Under the pieces are notes generated by a model. The model searched no databases. It had not been told where the DNA came from and worked only from the letters and a program-made list of their open reading frames with translations. From positions 32,001 through 96,000 of the forward strand of contig JAWAJB010000001.1 in NCBI GenBank assembly GCA_038888155.1: a DNA stretch of 64,000 nucleotides, written 5' to 3'. Below are positions 58,254 through 64,000 of the stretch, one piece after another. A program made the translations under genes and the position numbers. The first letter of the stretch is position 1; every line of letters starts with the position of its first letter. The DNA comes from Desulfurococcaceae archaeon (GTDB lineage Archaea > Thermoproteota > Thermoprotei_A > Sulfolobales > Desulfurococcaceae).

Positions 58254-60323
58254 ATGATCAAAGTTGGGTCAGTTTCTGGCTGGGATAATGACATCGTAAA
58301 TATCGTAATACGCGGAGAGCTGTATAAGCCATCCTTTGGAGACTTATTATATACTTACGAGAAGCAGGACAAAGAACTCAGAGTACTATTAATGGAAGTA
58401 GTAGGGTTCACCGGACGAACACCAGTAGGATTAGTGCCGATGGAGACTGCCCCTGTACTAAATCGTGTGCAGGAAGAGGTTGTCATCAGGGCACGCCTAT
58501 TTTTAGAGATAATAAAGAAGGATAACGAAGCGATATTGGTGAAAGCCTCTAGGCCGCCTTCGATTATGAGCTCTGTTTACTTGATAAAGCGGCAGGATCC
58601 CGACTCAGAAGAAATAATGGAAGATATAAGTAAATTTAGCTACAGCAGGCGTGGGGGGAAATCAAGAGGAATAGGGGTAGTAGTGCTTCGTTCAGGTACA
58701 GCGCACAGCGAGAAGCTGGCCAAAGAGAGGTACTTTATGAGTGCGTCACTTAATCTTGATCTTGTCGAGATCCTTAGGAAGCACGTACTCGTCTCAGGCC
58801 AGACGGGATCAGGTAAGACTAGTGGAATGCAAGGACTAATACTGAAGTATGCCATGGAATCTGATGAGAAAATTGGCTGGCTAATAATAGATAGGCACGG
58901 CGAATATTCGCCTGCAGAAGGATATGTAAAAGATAAATTTATCGGTGTCTTAGTTGATAGCGTGAGGGCAAACCAAAACTTAAAGGACACAGGAATATTT
59001 GTTGCCAGGCTTTCTCGCAATCAGGTGAAAAAAGGCTTTGCTACCGTACCTGGGTTCCTTGACGTATGGGAAATGCCCCTGAAAGCGAGCAGCGTGAGTT
59101 TCTCCGATTTCGCAGCGCTTGGAGGGATTGATGCCGAAAAATTATCAATGCTAGAGGAGATATTTACAATACTCGCTGACGCTTTTAGAAACCTCAGCCT
59201 CGCCAAAAGTGAAAAGGCGAGCAGTAGCTCATTAACAAAGGACAGGCTAATCGCTGTTGGATTTGACAATTTATTCATACACGGGGACGACCCAGAGAAA
59301 GCTACCGCTAACATGATCGCACTATTCCCACTGCTCGTAGACAACATGATTAGATATGAGGGAATAGGGCTTCCGAGAGATCAGAAAAGCGGCCTTCACA
59401 GGCTTCTTGTCGATCGAGGTATAGATGCAAAAACTTCACGTATCTTGAGGAGAATAATACTGTCGATCATGGGATGGAGGACTAGGACGATTAATGTGCT
59501 AAAAGATAAAAGTGTTACAGTAATTGATGACTCGAAAAGCCTAATTAAAGTTTCCCCAACGCTAAAGGATGTAAATGAGCTCCCATGTCTACTTGAGGCG
59601 CTATCAACGTCGATAAGCAAAATGGAACCACAAGCTGGTCAAAAGAAAAATTACAAGTGGAGCGGCTTGTGTGACAAAGATATCCTTGAGGCTAAAGGCG
59701 AAGATGGACTAGATGCAGGCAAAGTTGTTGACTTGGTTGATAGCGGTAACATTGTAATACTAGACGTGTCCTCTCTAGATGCAATGCAAGCAGATTTAGC
59801 AGTGTTGACTATCGTTAGGAGAATATTTGAACACAGACTAGAACTGGGTGTAGAGGAGTCCGGCAAGAAGCCTGTTCTCGCCTTAGTATCTGAAGAGGCA
59901 CCACTATACCTAAGCCCAGGAAATGTTTCAGGTCAATACAATCCTTTTGCGAGGGTCGCTAGGGAGGGTAGAAAATTTGGAGTGGGGTTAGTAGCTATAA
60001 CGCAATTAGCCACCATAATTGAGAAGCAACTGCTAGCTAATTTCAATACACTAATTTTATTGAGGACTAGGAGCCGTAGCGACATAGAAATGTTCAGAGA
60101 TCTCGGTATCCCCGTTGAGACCCTACCATTCCTAGGGGACAGGGAGTGCTTTTTATACACGCCAGATCTCCCAATAAAAGAGTCAATACCCGCGTACTTG
60201 CCTCCATGGTTTGCCGAGGAGTACATTCGAGCTGTTGAACAGAGGCGGAGAGAGCTCGATAAAACAAAAATAGAGGTAGTCCCAGAGCTCTTGGAATCTT
60301 TGGAGTTAGGCGATAGGCCGTGA
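58254..60323 (+). CDS. herA: HerA bipolar helicase/translocase
   Basis: N-terminal HAS-like barrel, KH.LV.GQTGSGKT, D.HGEY, EEA, AREGRKFG.G...ITQ. Confidence 0.9.
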   Translation: MIKVGSVSGWDNDIVNIVIRGELYKPSFGDLLYTYEKQDKELRVLLMEVVGFTGRTPVGLVPMETAPVLNRVQEEVVIRARLFLEIIKKDNEAILVKASRPPSIMSSVYLIKRQDPDSEEIMEDISKFSYSRRGGKSRGIGVVVLRSGTAHSEKLAKERYFMSASLNLDLVEILRKHVLVSGQTGSGKTSGMQGLILKYAMESDEKIGWLIIDRHGEYSPAEGYVKDKFIGVLVDSVRANQNLKDTGIFVARLSRNQVKKGFATVPGFLDVWEMPLKASSVSFSDFAALGGIDAEKLSMLEEIFTILADAFRNLSLAKSEKASSSSLTKDRLIAVGFDNLFIHGDDPEKATANMIALFPLLVDNMIRYEGIGLPRDQKSGLHRLLVDRGIDAKTSRILRRIILSIMGWRTRTINVLKDKSVTVIDDSKSLIKVSPTLKDVNELPCLLEALSTSISKMEPQAGQKKNYKWSGLCDKDILEAKGEDGLDAGKVVDLVDSGNIVILDVSSLDAMQADLAVLTIVRRIFEHRLELGVEESGKKPVLALVSEEAPLYLSPGNVSGQYNPFARVAREGRKFGVGLVAITQLATIIEKQLLANFNTLILLRTRSRSDIEMFRDLGIPVETLPFLGDRECFLYTPDLPIKESIPAYLPPWFAEEYIRAVEQRRRELDKTKIEVVPELLESLELGDRP

Positions 60324-62758
60324 GGATACTTGGAATATTCCTCGAGAACATTAGGAGCTACAAAAAGAACATTATTGTATTCCCCCATAGGGGCATTACA
60401 GTAATTCACGGGCCGAGCGGTAGCGGGAAAACAAGCCTACTTATGTCTATAAGCTACGCACTGTTTGGTATAGCTAGTGGTAGCATAAAGAGTCGCGACC
60501 TTTTTGAGGCATACGAGCACCCGCATGGAGCAGACTTATTGCGCGTAGATAGCACTAGAGGCAGAGTGCGCATCCTCATATCCGCTAGGGGAAGACTATA
60601 CGTTATAGAACGTTGGATTACAAAAGAGGGAAACAGCTTCGTCTCGAGGGGCGGTTTAATAGAAGAGTACACGGTGGACCAAAATAACCTTAGACTTGCA
60701 AGCAAGAGGCAATTTTCTTCGAGAATGGAAATCGATGAGTATATAGCTAGTATTGTTGGATTAAGGGAGAAATACAGGGAGAGGGGTAACCCTAAGCCAT
60801 TAGTATACCCCAGCGCGCTTTATGTTCCGCAGTTCAATGTGCATGAAGTGCTCCAACTGAGTGAAGAAGAGAGAAGAGAGATCGTCGAGAGGGCCTTGGG
60901 CTTAGATAAATACAAATTATTCCGGGTTAACTACGAAAAGATCTCAAAGGTACTTAATCAGAGGTTGAGAGAGGCGGAGATTAAAATCAGTGAAGTTTCC
61001 AAGAGGCTTAGGGAGAAAAACAGAGAAAGTATAATTAAAGAGAGAGAAAGGCTCCTAGCTGAGTACGAAAAAATGAACAGAGATAAAAATTTAATTGAAC
61101 TAGAATACAGGAGAGTTAAAGACGTAGACAGCAAACTACAGATTAGACTAAGAGAACTTGAGCTCAAGAGGCAGGAACTACTAAAAATACTCGATGAACA
61201 CGACAAGATAAGAAAAAACATAAGCGAGGTCAAGAGGAGAATATGTGACCTCTTTGAGCTCGGCTCATTAGATGAGGAGTTAACTGCAGTAGAGCGAATT
61301 AGGCGTGAATTGGAAACTAAGCTAAAAGAATTTGAAAGAAAAAAAGATCAGCTGGATGAGGGTTTAACCAGCATCGATAAAGAGGTTGAATATGTTGAGG
61401 GAGAGCTCAAGAGAATTAGAGAGGAGAGAATTAAACTAGAAAAATTCCTCTCTGAGCATGAAACCATGATTAAACTTAGCGAGCAAAGCTTGCGTGAACT
61501 TGAAAGTCAATATCGAGAGGTTGAGAGCATGATAGCGGGGGGCACCTGTCCCGTCTGTAAACAGCCTATACCTCATGAGCATGGATATAGGCTCTTAAAT
61601 GAGATCGGTGGTAAAATAAACTCCCAGAAAAGGCATATACATGCGCTAGAAGAACAAAAGAGCAGAGCTCTTGGCGAGGTCAGTGCACTGAAAGTCAGCG
61701 AGCTAGACCTAGAGAACAGGAGAAAAAGTCTATCATCAGAGAAGCAAAAGCTACTAAGAGCTCGAGACAACGTGCTCACAGAGTTGCGGAAACAATCCGA
61801 AAAACTAGGCGTTCTCGTAGAGCTAATTAATCAACTTCGCACCTTGAGGGAAGAGGTCAGCAAGATAAATGCTGAAACCGTCACAAAAGCGCTGACCGAG
61901 ATAGAGAACGACATCAACGCCGCTTTAAAAGAACTAAAATCAACGGAGCAGGAAGTTAAAGCCCTCATTGAGAAAAGGGAGGCTATTTCGAGGGAGATTG
62001 GTAGGATAGAGGAGGCTATTAAGATGTTAACTAAGGAGCTGGGTGAAATAGAGAAACTCAACGAGGAACTAAAGAAAGTGCAAGACGAAAAAGCAGTATA
62101 CGAGAAGTTAAATCAGGTACTCGATATAACATCTCAGATCGTTGGAGATGTAGAGAAAAAATTGCTCAAAGTGCTCGTAAGCGAGTTTAGGAGATATTTC
62201 TACGAGTACTTATCAATGTTAATTTATGATCAACCCATTGAAATTAATGTGTCCGACGACTTTAATGTAGTCCAAAAGATCAGAGTCGGTAGATCATCTT
62301 ATGGCGTGCCGTCCCTAAGCGGTGGACAAAATATTGCTATAAGCCTAGCATACCGTTTGGCACTAAATACTACAGTTAGGCAATACTCTTCTGCACTTAA
62401 AAGAAGCGTCCTAATTCTTGACGAGCCAACTACGGGGTTTAGCAATGAACTTGTAAGGCGGTTGAGAGATCTTTTGAGGAATTTGACCGGTCTCGAGGGC
62501 CAAATAATCGTAGTAACCCATGATGATACATTAATTGAGGCTGGAGACTGTAAAGTTACAGTAAAACTGGATCCAGCCGATCATAGAACAATCGCCGAGT
62601 ATACCGAGTGCACTATGCAAGAGACCTACAAGAAGATTGTAGAAGATATATTATCTGGAAGAATATCCGTACATCAAGTACAGCCTATCGAACTTGAACC
62701 CAGTTTTGAGCCAAAGGTGCAATCGACAAATGGGGAGTTAACCAATGCTGAGAAGTAG
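60320..62758 (+). CDS. rad50: Rad50 ATPase
   Basis: LENIRSY, GPSGSGKT, Q-loop YVPQ, coiled coil with zinc hook CPVC, LSGGQ, LDEPT, VTH. Confidence 0.92.
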   Translation: MRILGIFLENIRSYKKNIIVFPHRGITVIHGPSGSGKTSLLMSISYALFGIASGSIKSRDLFEAYEHPHGADLLRVDSTRGRVRILISARGRLYVIERWITKEGNSFVSRGGLIEEYTVDQNNLRLASKRQFSSRMEIDEYIASIVGLREKYRERGNPKPLVYPSALYVPQFNVHEVLQLSEEERREIVERALGLDKYKLFRVNYEKISKVLNQRLREAEIKISEVSKRLREKNRESIIKERERLLAEYEKMNRDKNLIELEYRRVKDVDSKLQIRLRELELKRQELLKILDEHDKIRKNISEVKRRICDLFELGSLDEELTAVERIRRELETKLKEFERKKDQLDEGLTSIDKEVEYVEGELKRIREERIKLEKFLSEHETMIKLSEQSLRELESQYREVESMIAGGTCPVCKQPIPHEHGYRLLNEIGGKINSQKRHIHALEEQKSRALGEVSALKVSELDLENRRKSLSSEKQKLLRARDNVLTELRKQSEKLGVLVELINQLRTLREEVSKINAETVTKALTEIENDINAALKELKSTEQEVKALIEKREAISREIGRIEEAIKMLTKELGEIEKLNEELKKVQDEKAVYEKLNQVLDITSQIVGDVEKKLLKVLVSEFRRYFYEYLSMLIYDQPIEINVSDDFNVVQKIRVGRSSYGVPSLSGGQNIAISLAYRLALNTTVRQYSSALKRSVLILDEPTTGFSNELVRRLRDLLRNLTGLEGQIIVVTHDDTLIEAGDCKVTVKLDPADHRTIAEYTECTMQETYKKIVEDILSGRISVHQVQPIELEPSFEPKVQSTNGELTNAEK

Positions 62759-62893
62759 TGTAAGCGGTATAAACAAACGGCTATTTAGAGGATCGATCTA
62801 ATTTCTATGTTAAACTAAAGGTTGTGTAAATATTTAATTTTTGGATGATCTTTGTAATTAAAGTTGGTCTAAACATCGTGTTTATAATACTTA

Positions 62894-64000
62894 CTAAACG
62901 GGCTTGATTATGATTATGTATGTTTCATCATCTATGTCCCACTCTTCTATTAAACCGCCCGTTTTGCTGACCACATCCCTTTCACTCGCTATTTGAAGCT
63001 CCACGCTTCGAGTCTCGCCTAATATAAGGTCTCGCTTTAATTCCAATAGCCTTTTTTTGTCTGGTGGAGATATTATAGTTGTTTTTATCCTAGCCGTGAG
63101 CTCCAAATCAAGCTTCTTCCTCATTACCTGGACTCGCCTTATTACATCTCTAGCAAGTCCTTCTGCTAATTCTTCAGCGGTAAGCCTCGTATCTAATGCT
63201 ACAGCGCCGTATTTAAAGTCCTCTACAATATATCCTTCGACGTAGTATGGGTATATCTCCACGTCCTCCCCCCTTAGCTCGATCTCTACGCCTGCTATCG
63301 CAGTTCTATGAACGCCTCCTTCCAATATATCCCTAACTACGGCCTCGCTATTCAGCTCAAGGTATTCAGTTATCTGCTTAAGTAAATCCCTGTACTTCGG
63401 ACCTAAGAGTCTAAATTGGGGTTTTACTCTGTATCTGGTAATTTCTCTAATCTGTTTAGCTTCAGCGACCTCTATTATTTTGGCGTTACATAGGAATTTA
63501 ACTGTATCCTCAAGGAGCTCGACAGATTTTCTTACTTTAACGTTATCTGTGTACACAATGATTTTTCTAATAGGTTGACGTAGCTTCAAACCAGCGTGCA
63601 TACGCGCACTGGAAGCTGAGCTATAAACTTCGCGTATTATCTCCATGGATTCTTCGATTTGGCTATTTAAGAATTTTACATCTGGCTCGGGATAACTCAA
63701 CAGGTGAACGCTAGGAAGATCGTACGCCCTTTTTAACAGAACCTGATATATGTACTCCGAAATAAATGGATTTATTGGAGCTAGCAATCTTATTAGCCGA
63801 TCAATGACGTAGAATAGAACGGCGTAAGCAGATATCTTATCTACGGTGTTCTCATCAATCCATACCCTTGGCCTAATGAGCCTAACATACCAGTGACTAA
63901 GGTCCTCGACTATAAATTCCCTTATGCGTCTAACTGCCGTTGCAACCTCGTAATTATTCATGAGCTTATCTAGCTCAGATATCAGAGAATTTATTCTACT
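62894..64000 (-). CDS. ileS: Isoleucine--tRNA ligase, C-terminal part (5' part outside the window)
   Basis: Frame is open to the window edge (SRINSLISELDKLM...). DLSHWYVRLIR.R.W, LAPINPFISE, SVHL, KLRQP, EGLARDVIRRVQ.MRK. Confidence 0.93.
   Translation of the reverse strand, partial: SRINSLISELDKLMNNYEVATAVRRIREFIVEDLSHWYVRLIRPRVWIDENTVDKISAYAVLFYVIDRLIRLLAPINPFISEYIYQVLLKRAYDLPSVHLLSYPEPDVKFLNSQIEESMEIIREVYSSASSARMHAGLKLRQPIRKIIVYTDNVKVRKSVELLEDTVKFLCNAKIIEVAEAKQIREITRYRVKPQFRLLGPKYRDLLKQITEYLELNSEAVVRDILEGGVHRTAIAGVEIELRGEDVEIYPYYVEGYIVEDFKYGAVALDTRLTAEELAEGLARDVIRRVQVMRKKLDLELTARIKTTIISPPDKKRLLELKRDLILGETRSVELQIASERDVVSKTGGLIEEWDIDDETYIIIIKPV

Noticed and set aside
1-64000. Mobile elements, CRISPR arrays, rRNA/tRNA genes, genome-wide stop-codon reassignment
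   Set aside because: No transposase, integrase, repeat-spacer array or structural RNA was seen, and all three stop codons terminate full-length conserved proteins.

Overview
Gene-dense archaeal chromosomal segment with about 50 CDS. The gene set (archaeal MAT, RIO2, TIP49, DUF2153, HerA/NurA, tungsten AOR-family enzymes), the GGTG(A) ribosome-binding sites and the many TTG/GTG starts suggest a thermophilic Thermoproteota/Desulfurococcales-like organism (inference). 1-13 kb is an information-processing block: Sfm1-like SPOUT methyltransferase, EMC6-like membrane protein, RqcH, MAT, DUF460, RIO2, TIP49, JAMM, RNase HII and a DRG GTPase. 13-52 kb is mostly anaerobic catabolism: MFS transporter plus 2-oxoacid:ferredoxin oxidoreductase (fused alpha-beta) and ADP-forming acyl-CoA synthetase; carbamate kinase, TtdAB-like hydro-lyase and malic enzyme; Ldh_2 dehydrogenase with AOR and MoaD; a complete glycine cleavage system with SHMT; a WOR5-like two-subunit oxidoreductase; and an alanine/glycine symporter. 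The window ends with mscS-mgtE, a reordered mre11-nurA-herA-rad50 operon with altered motifs, and the 3' part of ileS. I saw no tRNA, rRNA, CRISPR array, transposase or provirus. The best leads are the orphan ORF in the gcv operon (possible degenerate lipoate ligase), the OGG1-like HhH glycosylase with a Cys cluster, a 14-bp motif shared upstream of two ferredoxin-oxidoreductase operons, four in-frame stop junctions between partner subunits, and the divergent DSB-repair operon. All family calls come from motif recognition; no database search was run.
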